Below the pieces are notes generated by a model. The model was not told where the DNA came from and made no database searches. It was given only the letters and a program-made list of their open reading frames with translations. From IMG/VR virus record IMGVR_UViG_3300046787_000286, positions 62,001 through 126,000 of that record: DNA of 64,000 bases; one strand, written 5' to 3'. Below are positions 43,157-53,787 of this stretch, in pieces. How positions within the stretch are numbered: position 1 is the first letter of the stretch; every line of letters starts with the position of its first letter. A program made the position numbers and the translations under genes.

Positions 43157-45816
43157 GTGAAATCAAACAAAGAAGTAAATGTATTATCTGTGTTAGTAGC
43201 AGACGCAAGATCCCACTCTAACACACCCAGCAAGTTATCAACTTTGCCATCAATAACAGTAGCTTCCATTAGCGAATCATCAAACGGCAACTCAGAGAAC
43301 CATTGTGGTAGACGTTGCTCGTCAGTAGGATAACCAATCGAAGTCCACCCTAGTGGATTATCCCGTAGTTTACATACAATAGTTTTCATGCCGTCAACAA
43401 TTTGCATCGAATAGTTGTCGCTATTCATGCGGCGCAACGTATTCCAGTTTAGTGCAGCTCTAACGTGCCCTGGCATGTTTGCTCGTCCTAGTCGTGCTTC
43501 TTCTGCACCGTACTTGGTCAAGTTGTTTACACGCTTGGGAGAACCCTTTTCCCAACCTGGGCGCTCTTTGAACTCGTATTTGAATTTGCGAATTTTCTCA
43601 ATGATATCGTCTCGCGACACACCGGTTAGAACGTCATACAAAATTCCACTCAAGAAGTCTTGAATAACTTTGGGAGTATCCGAACGTTTCAAGTCCAAGC
43701 CCATGGCTTTTACTTTGCCAGGCTTGCCGTCTGTGTCGACTCGTTTGCCTTCTTTGTCGATGATCATTACAGCATAACGCTTTTTAGTAATAAACAAACC
43801 TTTACTTGCAACTACTTCGCGCCCGCCCTTGATTACTGATCCCATTTCCCGTGGAACGTGGAAGGCTTGTTCCATAAAGCCCGGAAAACTAATATTAACC
43901 TGATCTGCAATAGAGTCATATAGCTGGATAGCAATATCTTTGCTCCACGCCATGCGCCCTTCTTCAACTTCCTTTTGGAGAACTGGCCAGGCTGAGAAAT
44001 AGCACGAATCGGTATCACCGTAGATGATCGTGTCACCAACATGATCATATTTGCCGGTAATGCATTCGTTGACATACGCATCCATGTGTTTCGCGATGCT
44101 ACGCCCAGTAAGAGTGGTTGATTGACCAATACGCTTGTCAAAGAAACGACAGCCCGCATTAAGGATGGCGCCATAAAGTGAGTTAAGGTTAATTTTCTTA
44201 ACCAGTTGTCGTTTGTCCCAGTATTCTTCATCTTCTTTAGTCTCGCACTGTTTGAGCTTGGCCTGCATTTCCTTACGTTCGGCATACCAACGCTTTAACA
44301 AGCCGGGGATAACACCTTCTTTTTCATAAGTGAAGATAGTACCGTTAGCACTGATACCCCAAGGTTGGTTTGAGTCAAAGATCATGTGCCAAACTTCGGC
44401 AGCACTGTGAACAGTTGATTCTCCGCCTTCCCAGTCGATTGTGATCTCTGTGCCTCGTTGTTGCTCCATTACAGCAGTATACTCTAATGTAGCAAACAAT
44501 CCTTCCCAGGCAGCAGCAAAGCTCATCTTCTGCTTTTCCATACGCTCTTTAATGAGCCTATCTGTCATTGTGAGTCTAAGCTGTCCGACAATCGTTTCCG
44601 GTCCCATGTTAAGAGCACGGATTGTTGACGGGTAGAGCGAGTTAATGTCAATGGACCCGACATACTCGTGGACTCCTTTTTTGGGATAAGCAACATAGGC
44701 ACCTGCGGCTTGTGTGTCTTCATCATTGAGTCTTTCTTTACGGTTGGGAACTACCATGCCACGTTCGTGGGCTTCGTTAATGATTGCTTGCTCTGTTACT
44801 GCTACAGCACCCATTGTGGTTTGTAGCAACACAGTGTTTTCGTGTGCCAGTGTATTGGCCAAGTCAAGGAACTTGAGTTTCTTGTCTAGCTTGGCTAACA
44901 ACACAGTATCTTGACGGTTGTAGTCAATGAACGTTTTGAAGTTCTGATTGTAAAGTTGATCCAGAGTACCTTCGTACTGCGTCTTACGCTCGTCGAGTTC
45001 GTACTCGCCGATAGCATCTAGTGAATAACTGTGACGCTCTTCGTATGTGTATTTGCGATACAGTTGCATATAGTCCAAATGCACACGACCTACTAGATCA
45101 AATGTTAGACTTTCTGTGCCGTAGCGTTCAAACATACGTTGTTTAGGTAACTGCCCCCACAAGCAAAAACGTCGAGTGTCGTCCTTGCTCAAGATTCGAG
45201 TAATACGCATCACAGTGTATGGAATATCGAAACCTTCTGAGTTCCAGCCACTAAGTGCATCTGCATCTTCGATTAGATCAAGGAATGTTTTTAACATATC
45301 CTCTTCCTTCTCAAACACCAGAGTGTTTTCAAACTCGCTAGCAATTTCTTGTGCTGTTTCCATACTCATGTGTCGAGGTGGAATAACCAAAGTGACTAGC
45401 TGTTCGAGCCAGTCAAGGTATACAGAGATAGCAGTGATTTTGTTAAAGGGATCGTCAGGTCGACTGTAACCCTTTACTGGATCAAAGTCGACCTCAATGT
45501 CGAAAAATGCTGTTTGCAGTTTCGGAGCATCCTGTCCTTTGAAGTTGTCTTCTAAACAACGAAAGATAGGATTGATGTCTGATTCATAAAGTTGCTTGCC
45601 GGAATGCATGCGAACTTCTTTGCGGAATTCCTTGTTAGTACGTGTACTAAATCTAGCAACTGGATTGCCAAAAATGTTTTGAAATTTACCGCGTGGGTCG
45701 TCGTAATAGAACACATAGTTAGCAGGGAACTCTTGATAGATTCTCTTGCCGTTCTTGCGTTCTACAACATGGATGCGATCGTGCTCACGATCAAATAGTG
45801 CGTCTACGTAACTCAT
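43153..45816 (-). CDS. family B DNA polymerase
   Basis: exo DIEVD, GWNSEGFDIPY, YNRQD; pol DINSLYPS, KINLNSLYG, YGDTDS; no intein. Confidence 0.97.
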   Translation of the reverse strand: MSYVDALFDREHDRIHVVERKNGKRIYQEFPANYVFYYDDPRGKFQNIFGNPVARFSTRTNKEFRKEVRMHSGKQLYESDINPIFRCLEDNFKGQDAPKLQTAFFDIEVDFDPVKGYSRPDDPFNKITAISVYLDWLEQLVTLVIPPRHMSMETAQEIASEFENTLVFEKEEDMLKTFLDLIEDADALSGWNSEGFDIPYTVMRITRILSKDDTRRFCLWGQLPKQRMFERYGTESLTFDLVGRVHLDYMQLYRKYTYEERHSYSLDAIGEYELDERKTQYEGTLDQLYNQNFKTFIDYNRQDTVLLAKLDKKLKFLDLANTLAHENTVLLQTTMGAVAVTEQAIINEAHERGMVVPNRKERLNDEDTQAAGAYVAYPKKGVHEYVGSIDINSLYPSTIRALNMGPETIVGQLRLTMTDRLIKERMEKQKMSFAAAWEGLFATLEYTAVMEQQRGTEITIDWEGGESTVHSAAEVWHMIFDSNQPWGISANGTIFTYEKEGVIPGLLKRWYAERKEMQAKLKQCETKEDEEYWDKRQLVKKINLNSLYGAILNAGCRFFDKRIGQSTTLTGRSIAKHMDAYVNECITGKYDHVGDTIIYGDTDSCYFSAWPVLQKEVEEGRMAWSKDIAIQLYDSIADQVNISFPGFMEQAFHVPREMGSVIKGGREVVASKGLFITKKRYAVMIIDKEGKRVDTDGKPGKVKAMGLDLKRSDTPKVIQDFLSGILYDVLTGVSRDDIIEKIRKFKYEFKERPGWEKGSPKRVNNLTKYGAEEARLGRANMPGHVRAALNWNTLRRMNSDNYSMQIVDGMKTIVCKLRDNPLGWTSIGYPTDEQRLPQWFSELPFDDSLMEATVIDGKVDNLLGVLEWDLASATNTDNTFTSLFDFT

Positions 45817-45869
45817 TTAACTCCGTTTGTGGCTGGAAAGCCGTGATACATGCCCGTAACGTGGGCGAT

Positions 45870-46496
45870 TCATTGATATTTATATTGGTTGCCACGGTGA
45901 TTCTCTTTTATATTTTTCAAATCACTCTCGACATTTTTTATAAAAAAATCATAGTCTTGAGCAGTAATACCTTTGGTACTAAGGTCAGAATACAAATCTC
46001 TCAAATGATCGATGTTAGCAATGAATAAATTAGCATCATACGGGGATTTTATTAATAAATTTTTAATATCGTAGTTGTGACCAAATTTAGAAAAAAGATA
46101 TTTTGGATCAGCTAGTAACTCTTCATATACAATTTCAACTGAGTTACCAAATTGTCTTGATTCTATGGCTTGGTAAAATGCTGTTTGAAAAATAAACATA
46201 TCTGTAAACTCTGTATTATTAATTTCAAATGAGTCAACATTGATATTTGAATCCACAGAGGTCCAATGGAATTTGTCTAGCTTAGACGCTACAAACATGC
46301 TTATTATAGCATCAAACATACTTCTTCGTCGACTGATTACAGGGATGGTATTCTCATCGGGCAACTCTAATAGAGGATTATGTGTTTGTGTTACACAAGT
46401 AGATTTAAAATAATGCGCTAGATTATTCTTAATCAAATGAGACCCAGTTCTCCCTGCACCAAACACTACAGCCGAAAACATCGAAGAGTTTTTCAT
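45870..46496 (-). CDS. Stf0-like sulfotransferase
   Basis: GAGRTGSHL, RRSMFDAIIS, YEEL. Confidence 0.6.
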   Translation of the reverse strand: MKNSSMFSAVVFGAGRTGSHLIKNNLAHYFKSTCVTQTHNPLLELPDENTIPVISRRRSMFDAIISMFVASKLDKFHWTSVDSNINVDSFEINNTEFTDMFIFQTAFYQAIESRQFGNSVEIVYEELLADPKYLFSKFGHNYDIKNLLIKSPYDANLFIANIDHLRDLYSDLSTKGITAQDYDFFIKNVESDLKNIKENHRGNQYKYQ

Positions 46497-46551
46497 AAAA
46501 TTGCCAAGATAGCCCTTGTATGTAACGTGACTACGGAATTATAATTTACAA

Positions 46552-47154
46552 TCATGATGCATCTCGTTTACTAATCACAGTGTCGATCAAACCGTATGCT
46601 AGTGCTTGTTCAGCTGACATGAATGTATCACGATCCATATCCTTCTCAAACTCTGCATAAGTCTTGCCTGCACTGTTATGGCTAACATAGATTTCAGTCA
46701 GTCGCTTTTTCAAGTAGGTGATTTCTTTGTAAGAAATTTCAATGTCACTTTGCATACCACGTGCGCCACCGGAGGGTTGGTGAATCATGTGTCGTGCATT
46801 TGGTAACATTTTACGTTTGCCCGGTGCACCTGCTTGTGCCAGCAGTGAGCCCATTGAGCAGGCCTGTCCCATTACAATAGTTTGCACATCGGGACGAATA
46901 AACTGCATGGTATCATAAATTGCCATGCCAGCAGTTACTGAACCACCTGGGCTATTGATATACATGTAGATATCGCTTTTTGGATCTTCGCTTTCGAGAT
47001 ACAACATCTGGGCAACAATCAAGTTTGCCATCTGATCATGCACTTCGCCTTCTAGCAAAATAACACGATCACGAAGCAAGCGTGAATAGATATCGTAGCT
47101 ACGTTCGCCTTTGCTGGTTTGTTCCAGCACCATTGGGACTAATGCCATATTCAA
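46552..47154 (-). CDS. clpP: ClpP protease subunit
   Basis: [26 protein letters not shown]. Confidence 0.97.
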   Translation of the reverse strand: MNMALVPMVLEQTSKGERSYDIYSRLLRDRVILLEGEVHDQMANLIVAQMLYLESEDPKSDIYMYINSPGGSVTAGMAIYDTMQFIRPDVQTIVMGQACSMGSLLAQAGAPGKRKMLPNARHMIHQPSGGARGMQSDIEISYKEITYLKKRLTEIYVSHNSAGKTYAEFEKDMDRDTFMSAEQALAYGLIDTVISKRDAS

Positions 47155-47156
47155 CC

Positions 47157-47417
47157 TTACAGAGTTTTACCGACAGTTTCGAGGATTGTTTCGAGCAATT
47201 CGTGATCTTGCTTTTCTTTGCCAAACTCAGCTTTGTGTGCTAGCTTGATAGCCTTTTTAAGCACAGCTGGCTTGATTTCGAGTTCTTCTGCTACAGCTTT
47301 GATAGTGTCACTCAAGCCGCCTTGTAACGTATCAATCTCGTGCATGACTTGCATACCTTCGTTGATGATTTGGGTGAGTTTGATCTTTTGATCGCCGTTA
47401 AAAGTTTTTTCGCTCAT
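47157..47417 (-). CDS. DsbA/GapR-like dsDNA-binding protein
   Basis: coiled coil + [20 protein letters not shown]; sigma70 promoter at about 47438-47466. Confidence 0.55.
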   Translation of the reverse strand: MSEKTFNGDQKIKLTQIINEGMQVMHEIDTLQGGLSDTIKAVAEELEIKPAVLKKAIKLAHKAEFGKEKQDHELLETILETVGKTL

Positions 47418-47574
47418 AGAGTTCTCCGTAAAATTACTATTATACAGAGATAGTTTGCAAATGCAATAGCTTTGGTGAAAGTGCTACACTTTTGGATTCC
47501 CGGTAGCGAATCGGGCCGTCCAGGGCAGTAGCCTCCCCACACTACGGTAACTTAATACCGGTCCTAAGGTGTGT

Positions 47575-48153
47575 TCATTTTCGACCTATAACCATATATC
47601 TTGTGTACGTGGTTTCTGGGTCTTGTAAATCGATTTCCCCTTGATACAATACGTCATTCAACGGAAACTTTTTTAATATATCTTGTGTGCTATAAAACGG
47701 TGTGCGATCGACATTGTCGCGAGCTTGCATTACTACTAGAGTATCATCGGGAATGTTATCAAACCATTCGGTACCAGACATGTCTGTAAGGCTGTTGTTG
47801 ACCACAACGCTATCGGTATCAACTTGACGATAATCAAGTTTGTTCGCGTCCTGATTCATGTATTCTACATTTCGGGCACTAATATGATCCATCATGCGAC
47901 GACTTTGATCCAACATGCCTTTGTTAGTTTCGACGTTAATAAACTTGTTAACGTTTACTACAGGATCGAGAGTCATATACAGTGCAAGATTGCCATACCA
48001 CGATCCTAATATGTACATTGTAGAAATTTCTGGCTGCACCTTTGCTAATTCTTGCATCAACCAAACTTTACTTTTAGTTAAGTCGTGTGTGAAACTACCT
48101 TTAAGGCTGTGGCCACTAGACTCTGCTATTGCATAAAGTTCGTTGAGTATCAT
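47575..48153 (-). CDS. methyltransferase-fold protein with an N-terminal targeting-like peptide
   Basis: MILNELYAIAES leader; YILGSWYG, INVETN, VVVNNS. Confidence 0.6.
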   Translation of the reverse strand: MILNELYAIAESSGHSLKGSFTHDLTKSKVWLMQELAKVQPEISTMYILGSWYGNLALYMTLDPVVNVNKFINVETNKGMLDQSRRMMDHISARNVEYMNQDANKLDYRQVDTDSVVVNNSLTDMSGTEWFDNIPDDTLVVMQARDNVDRTPFYSTQDILKKFPLNDVLYQGEIDLQDPETTYTRYMVIGRK

Positions 48154-48162
48154 TACAACTAC

Positions 48163-51100
48163 TTAATCTTTTTTACTAGCCTCAATGGCAGCTAGGCGGC
48201 GTGCTAGGTCTGCAATATCAACTGGCTTAGACTTTTCTTGCTCTCTAGCTTTTTGTCCCATACGTTTGACCATGTCTTGATACTTGTTGCTGTAATTGGC
48301 TTCTTGCTCTTCGTCGTCGCCTTCGTGAACACGGTATGCTGATTGTGCTGCTTCTGGATCTTGGATTGCTTTTTTTGCAATTTTAGATGTTAAGTCGGCA
48401 TAGTAGCGTGGATCGGCATCACTCGCATTTGCCCTAGCAGCAGCGAATCGAGGATTTTGTTGTGATTGTGGAATAACAGGTTCTAGTACATTGTCACTTG
48501 GTTCAAACGATAATGCGTGTTGTCCGGACACTTTATCTGTAATAGAAGAATCGCCTTTGGTAATTCGTTGTGTCATTGCTGACATCGGATCAGCTTTAGG
48601 TGCTGCCAATTGTGTCGCGGTAGATTTCATGCTGGACTTAGCAGGTTGAGCTTTGGGGGTGGGCTTGTTTTTTGTCTTGGGTGCTGCTGGTTCAACAGTT
48701 GTTGTTGACACTGTTGTAGGGGCAACAGATGTATCAGCATCGGCAGCACTAGATTTTTTCTCCGATTTACGACCAGACATTGATGCAAGTTTCTTTTCCA
48801 GCTGACTATTAACATTTTGAAGTTGTCGTAGTCGTGAGCTCAGTGTTGAATTCTGATTTTCTAAGTCGCTGATCTCAGTGTTTTGTTCTTGGTCAATTTG
48901 ATCAATCTGTGCTAGCATTTGATCTTGCTTGCGTTCAGCTTGACGCATTTGATCAAACGCTTGCTGATCTTGATCTTGACTGCGCATAAAATCTTTAGCA
49001 AGTGCTTCAATCCCTGAGCCTGCTGTAGGGAAATCGGCTTTAGCACGACTAATTGCTCGTTGCAGGCCAACGTCTTTTACATCGGGCTCTGCTTCGCCGT
49101 CTTTTTTATCAGCTTCGACTACGCCTTGTTGTGGTACCATATTCGCCGCTGGCGCAGGTTGTGCGGCCATTCTACGTGCAACTTCTCTACGACCAACATA
49201 GTCACCGCTCTTGGGATCTGCCCAGCTTGGTGTAGCTGCTGGTTGTGCTGCCTGTTTTGTAGGTTGAGGGATGCCCGATGCATTAGCTGCGCCGCTATAA
49301 TTCCAGGCCGCTGCATTTGCCGGCATTTGACTTTTGACACTCGACGGAGATGTTGTGCTTGCAGCAGGGCGGCTAGTGGCAGCAGGTGTTGCAGTCATTG
49401 TTGGTTCGACTCTACCTTGTGGGCCAGTTTGTTGTGTAGGTATCTTCATAGAAGAATACACACTATTAATAACTTCTGGCGATACACCAGCGGCTACTAA
49501 TACTTGTCTGACTCCTTCTGAGTCCATTGGTTTTCTTGCTTTGTTCCAGGCTTGCAACAACTTGTCTAACGTAATCTTAGTTGTTAAGTTATGGCCTTTA
49601 GTTTGTGCCCAATTGCCTGCTTTGGCAGCAGCACCCTTAACTGAATCCCACATGCCTTCATTGAGTTTCTTTTGACCAGCAACCACTGAGTCAAACACCA
49701 TATAAATTTGACTTTCTTTTAACTTAGGTGCATTGAATTTCAAGAACCCAGGCTTCTCGGGATCATCTTTCCATCCTGGCATTAAGTTGCCGTCTTGGTC
49801 ATAAGGCACAGGTGATCCAGGATTCTTTGCTAACCAATCAGAATACTCTGCTGATGCTTTGACATTTTGTGTATTGATCTCTGCATTTTGTGCAGCAACG
49901 TCTGCATCAACCTTAGCATTGGCTCTATCCCAAGGATTGGTTTTAGAAGAAGCATAATCAACTTCGTTGCCCTTTGGTGTTATTGTTGGTCTATCGCTAG
50001 CATTGCCGCCCATTTTCATAAATTCTGAATCGGGCTTTAGCAGTGATGCACCATCGTCGAATGCAGGATCTTGTGGACGTCTCTCTCCGCCATCTGGGTC
50101 ATACATCGGAGCTTGATCAGCAGGAATTCTACCACTAGTTGGAACACTTGCTGTTCCACTTGACCCGCTAGGTGCGTTGTATTCTCCTGCACCAGGCAAG
50201 TTCCATTTTGCAGCTTGATTGCGGCTAATCTCACTTGGGGTGTATGCTCCACTCTTAACCTTATCCCATGTGTCGGCTGCTGTGCCTACACCGTCTGCAT
50301 AAGTTTGTGTTGGGCCCAAGCTGCCTGGCACATTTAATTTTTGTCCTGGTTGTAATACATCGGGGTTTGTGAGTTTTGTGCGAACATCATATGTTGGTTC
50401 AGATCCTGTGCCCGGAGGAACAGCATCGCCCATTGGGTTAATGTCAGTGAATGCATTTGGATCGTTCCAGGTTATACGATCACCAGTAGGAACAGTTTGA
50501 CCAGAGTTGGCGGCCATTAAATCTTTTACGCTAACACCATTCTTCTGAGCAATTTGACTTAGTGTGTCTCCCTTTTGCACAACATAATCAGTGCCGTCTG
50601 GTAATTTAGCAGGTGTACCAGTAGGAATTTGTGCATTCGGATTCTTGAAGTAATCAGCAATTGAATGAGCTGCCATTGCCAATGCGCCAGTTTTAGCGCC
50701 CTTGTATAGAGCAGAACTTGCTTTGTCACCTTGCAACAAACGATCTGTCATTTTTAACAGTCCAATTGCGCCAGCTCCGCCTAGCCCTGCGCCACTTAAC
50801 CCTGCGGCAGCAATTAGAGCAGCGTATACGGCGCTTTGAATATAAGGATGTTTTTTAGCAAAGTCACGATACTTGTTGACATATTGCATCACACCTTCGT
50901 CACCACCAGTTGCTGTTTTTAATTTAGCAGCAGCAGTGTCGTATAAATCATCAAATCCTTTAACTGGATGAGATTTCTGTATTTGGTCTTTTAGGCCTTC
51001 CCACGCTGCGTTGAGTTCTGATGCTTTATCAACGCCACGACCAGCTAATGTTCTGTTGTTGCCAGCTTGGGTAGCTGATTGTTCAACTCGTGAAAAAATG

Positions 51101-51807
51101 TCTTGAATTTGCTGAGGTGTTAAACGATACTCAACAAGTTGTGTACCTACTCGATTCCACTGTTCGTAGATCTGTTGGCGGTCTTCCTTAAGAAAGACAC
51201 TTTCATTTACTTTTTTTTTATTTTCTTGTTCTGCTTTCTTAGCAGCTTCACGCTTCTTGCGGAAGATTTCACGGAAGTAATCTTCATCGTCTGGGTTAAC
51301 ACCAGGTGTTTGTTGGCCACGATGTCTTGGCTTGGCTGGCGTATCACCTGGACGAGGATAATCGATTCCCGGTAAGTCGTATGGGCCACCTTCTGCTACA
51401 CTTTTTTTCTTGGCAGCATTCTTTTGACGCTCTTTTTCTAGCCTAGCATCGTCACGCTTGCTTTGCTTTTCTTGTTGTTCTTTGTCGTGGGCTCGACGCT
51501 CTTCGTCGCTCATGTCATTTAGCTCAGCACGTTTTTTATTGCCGGATCTAAATGATGCTGAAGCAGCACGGGCTTCTGACATACCTTGCTTGTGTAATTG
51601 CTTGTAAGCAGTGATTAAATCACTTTCAAAATCATCATCTATGAACTTATTACGGGCTACTGTGCGACCTAAATCTTTAACAACGATTTCCCACGCTGCA
51701 TCTAAAATATCATCATTGGACTGCAATCCTGCTGTTAATTTTTCTGCTACTTGTTCGTAGTAGTGGTGACTTGGGTTTGTGTTCTCATACAAGTTTGTGA
51801 TAATCAT
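48163..51807 (-). CDS. large probable virion-internal protein with Gly/Ala hydrophobic segment and LysM domain
   Basis: YVVQKGDTLSQIAQKNG...PDVLQPGQKLNVP; AALIAAAGLSGAGLGGAGAIG; many V/L-x-E sites. Confidence 0.7.
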   Translation of the reverse strand: MIITNLYENTNPSHHYYEQVAEKLTAGLQSNDDILDAAWEIVVKDLGRTVARNKFIDDDFESDLITAYKQLHKQGMSEARAASASFRSGNKKRAELNDMSDEERRAHDKEQQEKQSKRDDARLEKERQKNAAKKKSVAEGGPYDLPGIDYPRPGDTPAKPRHRGQQTPGVNPDDEDYFREIFRKKREAAKKAEQENKKKVNESVFLKEDRQQIYEQWNRVGTQLVEYRLTPQQIQDIFSRVEQSATQAGNNRTLAGRGVDKASELNAAWEGLKDQIQKSHPVKGFDDLYDTAAAKLKTATGGDEGVMQYVNKYRDFAKKHPYIQSAVYAALIAAAGLSGAGLGGAGAIGLLKMTDRLLQGDKASSALYKGAKTGALAMAAHSIADYFKNPNAQIPTGTPAKLPDGTDYVVQKGDTLSQIAQKNGVSVKDLMAANSGQTVPTGDRITWNDPNAFTDINPMGDAVPPGTGSEPTYDVRTKLTNPDVLQPGQKLNVPGSLGPTQTYADGVGTAADTWDKVKSGAYTPSEISRNQAAKWNLPGAGEYNAPSGSSGTASVPTSGRIPADQAPMYDPDGGERRPQDPAFDDGASLLKPDSEFMKMGGNASDRPTITPKGNEVDYASSKTNPWDRANAKVDADVAAQNAEINTQNVKASAEYSDWLAKNPGSPVPYDQDGNLMPGWKDDPEKPGFLKFNAPKLKESQIYMVFDSVVAGQKKLNEGMWDSVKGAAAKAGNWAQTKGHNLTTKITLDKLLQAWNKARKPMDSEGVRQVLVAAGVSPEVINSVYSSMKIPTQQTGPQGRVEPTMTATPAATSRPAASTTSPSSVKSQMPANAAAWNYSGAANASGIPQPTKQAAQPAATPSWADPKSGDYVGRREVARRMAAQPAPAANMVPQQGVVEADKKDGEAEPDVKDVGLQRAISRAKADFPTAGSGIEALAKDFMRSQDQDQQAFDQMRQAERKQDQMLAQIDQIDQEQNTEISDLENQNSTLSSRLRQLQNVNSQLEKKLASMSGRKSEKKSSAADADTSVAPTTVSTTTVEPAAPKTKNKPTPKAQPAKSSMKSTATQLAAPKADPMSAMTQRITKGDSSITDKVSGQHALSFEPSDNVLEPVIPQSQQNPRFAAARANASDADPRYYADLTSKIAKKAIQDPEAAQSAYRVHEGDDEEQEANYSNKYQDMVKRMGQKAREQEKSKPVDIADLARRLAAIEASKKD

Positions 51808-52655
51808 TATGCTTCCTCAATATAGTCTGCTGACTGGTCTGTTTTTTTACAATGTGCCATATACATTTCCATGGCCATACTAGCGTGATCTAAGTTTTTA
51901 AAGCGACTAGGCAAACGTCTGTTGCCGTGGCGAATTTCAAAGCCTGAACGTTCGTCGCCGTGAATTTCACAAATGCGACCATCTTCTAGTGCAATAGTTT
52001 TTACTGGGGCACTTGTTGCCGCAGCGTATGTGGGTTCTTGTATTGGTGCAACTGGTGTATCAGCAGCTGGTTCTGTCTCGGTTGGATCTTCGTCGAGTTC
52101 GTCTTGAACTGCTGAACCGGCAGCATGACCTGCAAGGCCAGCTAGCCCTCTTGTTACTGCACCTGCTCCGGCACCTGCTAATGCTCTGCCAGTTATAGCA
52201 CCTAGTGCAGGCAAAAACTCATCGAGTTGTTCTTCATCTAAATCGGGATTTTTAGAAATAATATCTTTGTCCGTAGCTTTTTTACCGATGTCACGATTCT
52301 TGGGCTTGTCTCCAATATCACGATCTTTCTTTTTAGCAACTGTGTCTTCGACTGAATCCAAGTAGTCAATAAAAGATTTTTTAACTTTATCTAACAACTT
52401 CTCTTCGTTGGCCACAGCCTCTTCGATTGATTCTTCGTTTTTTTCTTCTGACTCTGCGCCAACAAAGTAACCTTTGGTTACAGCAGGCTTGTCAGGATTG
52501 CCACCTAGTATAGGGCCACCTTTGCCTGGCTTGAATAGAGCAGGCAATTGATGCACTGACTTTTGTTGTGCATTTTGACTGCCACTAGGTTCAGCGGGAG
52601 TAATACGCCCTTCTAAAATAGCTAGTCTTTTGACTATGTCGTGCATGTTATTCAT
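51807..52655 (-). CDS. probable virion-internal protein
   Basis: AILEG, IEEA, LDEF, LDED, YIEEA motifs; Gly/Ala segment. Confidence 0.65.
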   Translation of the reverse strand: MNNMHDIVKRLAILEGRITPAEPSGSQNAQQKSVHQLPALFKPGKGGPILGGNPDKPAVTKGYFVGAESEEKNEESIEEAVANEEKLLDKVKKSFIDYLDSVEDTVAKKKDRDIGDKPKNRDIGKKATDKDIISKNPDLDEEQLDEFLPALGAITGRALAGAGAGAVTRGLAGLAGHAAGSAVQDELDEDPTETEPAADTPVAPIQEPTYAAATSAPVKTIALEDGRICEIHGDERSGFEIRHGNRRLPSRFKNLDHASMAMEMYMAHCKKTDQSADYIEEA

Positions 52656-52656
52656 A

Positions 52657-53100
52657 TTATGCTCTCTGATCTTTCAAGAAACTTCTCAACATCCAGCCGT
52701 GCTTGCCATGTGCGTCGATGCGTTCTGCTATAAAGTTAGCAATACCTTGTTGGTTTTCTTGTTCAGATACGGCAAATGTTTCGTTTAGAAGTTCGATCAT
52801 TTGTTCATTGTTGGCCAAAAGTTCTTCAATCATGAGTCGTGCGCGAGGAATCTTTGTTTGACCTGATATACGTGATAGTTCCATGAATCGTTCAAAACTA
52901 CCAGGAGCATAGTCATCTAGTGTACGAATGTATTCGGCTGTGCGGTCAATGGAGTTGTCATATACTTCTTCGTAGAGATCTCCGAAAAACTCGTGCAATT
53001 GTGCAAAGTCTGGCCCTTCTACATTCCAGTGAAACAACTGGGCCTTGATACTGAATGCATATTCAGTTGCTAATAGAGTTTTTAAACTGTCCGCGAGCAT
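52657..53100 (-). CDS. dps: Dps-family ferritin-like protein
   Basis: FHWNVEGPDF..LHEFF..LYE, D..AE.IR, HGWML. Confidence 0.9.
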   Translation of the reverse strand: MLADSLKTLLATEYAFSIKAQLFHWNVEGPDFAQLHEFFGDLYEEVYDNSIDRTAEYIRTLDDYAPGSFERFMELSRISGQTKIPRARLMIEELLANNEQMIELLNETFAVSEQENQQGIANFIAERIDAHGKHGWMLRSFLKDQRA

Positions 53101-53275
53101 TTTTATTCCTTTTATATTCCTTGGGCGTGTTAGGCGTAGGATCTGTAGTATATTTACCTGCCATTAAGTTTGCGCCATTTCTTGACACTATGCCCAACGA
53201 CGACTCTACTGGGGCCATGCCGCCAGCACAAGTGGCACCAACTGATGCAGATTCAACAATTTCACGCCATCTCAT
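53063..53275 (-). CDS. small protein with a targeting-like leader
   Basis: MRWREIVESA. Confidence 0.6.
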   Translation of the reverse strand: MRWREIVESASVGATCAGGMAPVESSLGIVSRNGANLMAGKYTTDPTPNTPKEYKRNKNARGQFKNSISN

Positions 53276-53558
53276 CTCTAATCCTTAGTAAATTACTGCC
53301 TTTGATATTAGCAGGGCCGTATTCTACACGCAAGTTTTCCATGCGCAAACTAGCTATTGCAGGTGGTACAAGTTCACAACGAATTGCGTATTTGCCTGCA
53401 GGCGCTTCGATTTGCAGCATTTCTTCTAGATATGCGTCAGTAAAATTAAATGTGCGCTCTGTAAAAAGTTCGTCGTTGACAAAAACACGATAGTCGGGCG
53501 CTTGCCCTGCCCACTCGCAATGCACATCAAATAAAACTTTAACAAAATGCCTAGTCAT
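53262..53558 (-). CDS. hypothetical protein
   Basis: late motif CTAAATA at 53564-53570. Confidence 0.7.
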   Translation of the reverse strand: MTRHFVKVLFDVHCEWAGQAPDYRVFVNDELFTERTFNFTDAYLEEMLQIEAPAGKYAIRCELVPPAIASLRMENLRVEYGPANIKGSNLLRIRDEMA

Positions 53559-53592
53559 GAATATATTTAGTTATTATGACAAAGGCGGTGAG

Positions 53593-53787
53593 TTACTTGA
53601 CTTGGCGGATACTTCCTATATGCCAGTCTTCTACTCCGTACTGTGCCTTCATTAGTTGTCGTGCTTGATTGGCATTGTTGGCAGTAACAGTAACGTCTAT
53701 ACGGCCAACATAGTTAGGGTGTTGAATACGAACAGATGCTGTCCATAGTAGGCTTTTTATCTTGGGTAAAACTTCTTTTGCTTTCAT
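53593..53787 (-). CDS. small protein (MKAKEVL start)
   Basis: overlap junction with the upstream gene; ANNANQARQLM motif resembles repeats in 55691-60649. Confidence 0.6.
   Translation of the reverse strand: MKAKEVLPKIKSLLWTASVRIQHPNYVGRIDVTVTANNANQARQLMKAQYGVEDWHIGSIRQVK

Noticed and set aside
43153-45816. Intein or intron in PolB
   Set aside because: The length (887 aa) and continuous motifs leave no room for an insertion.
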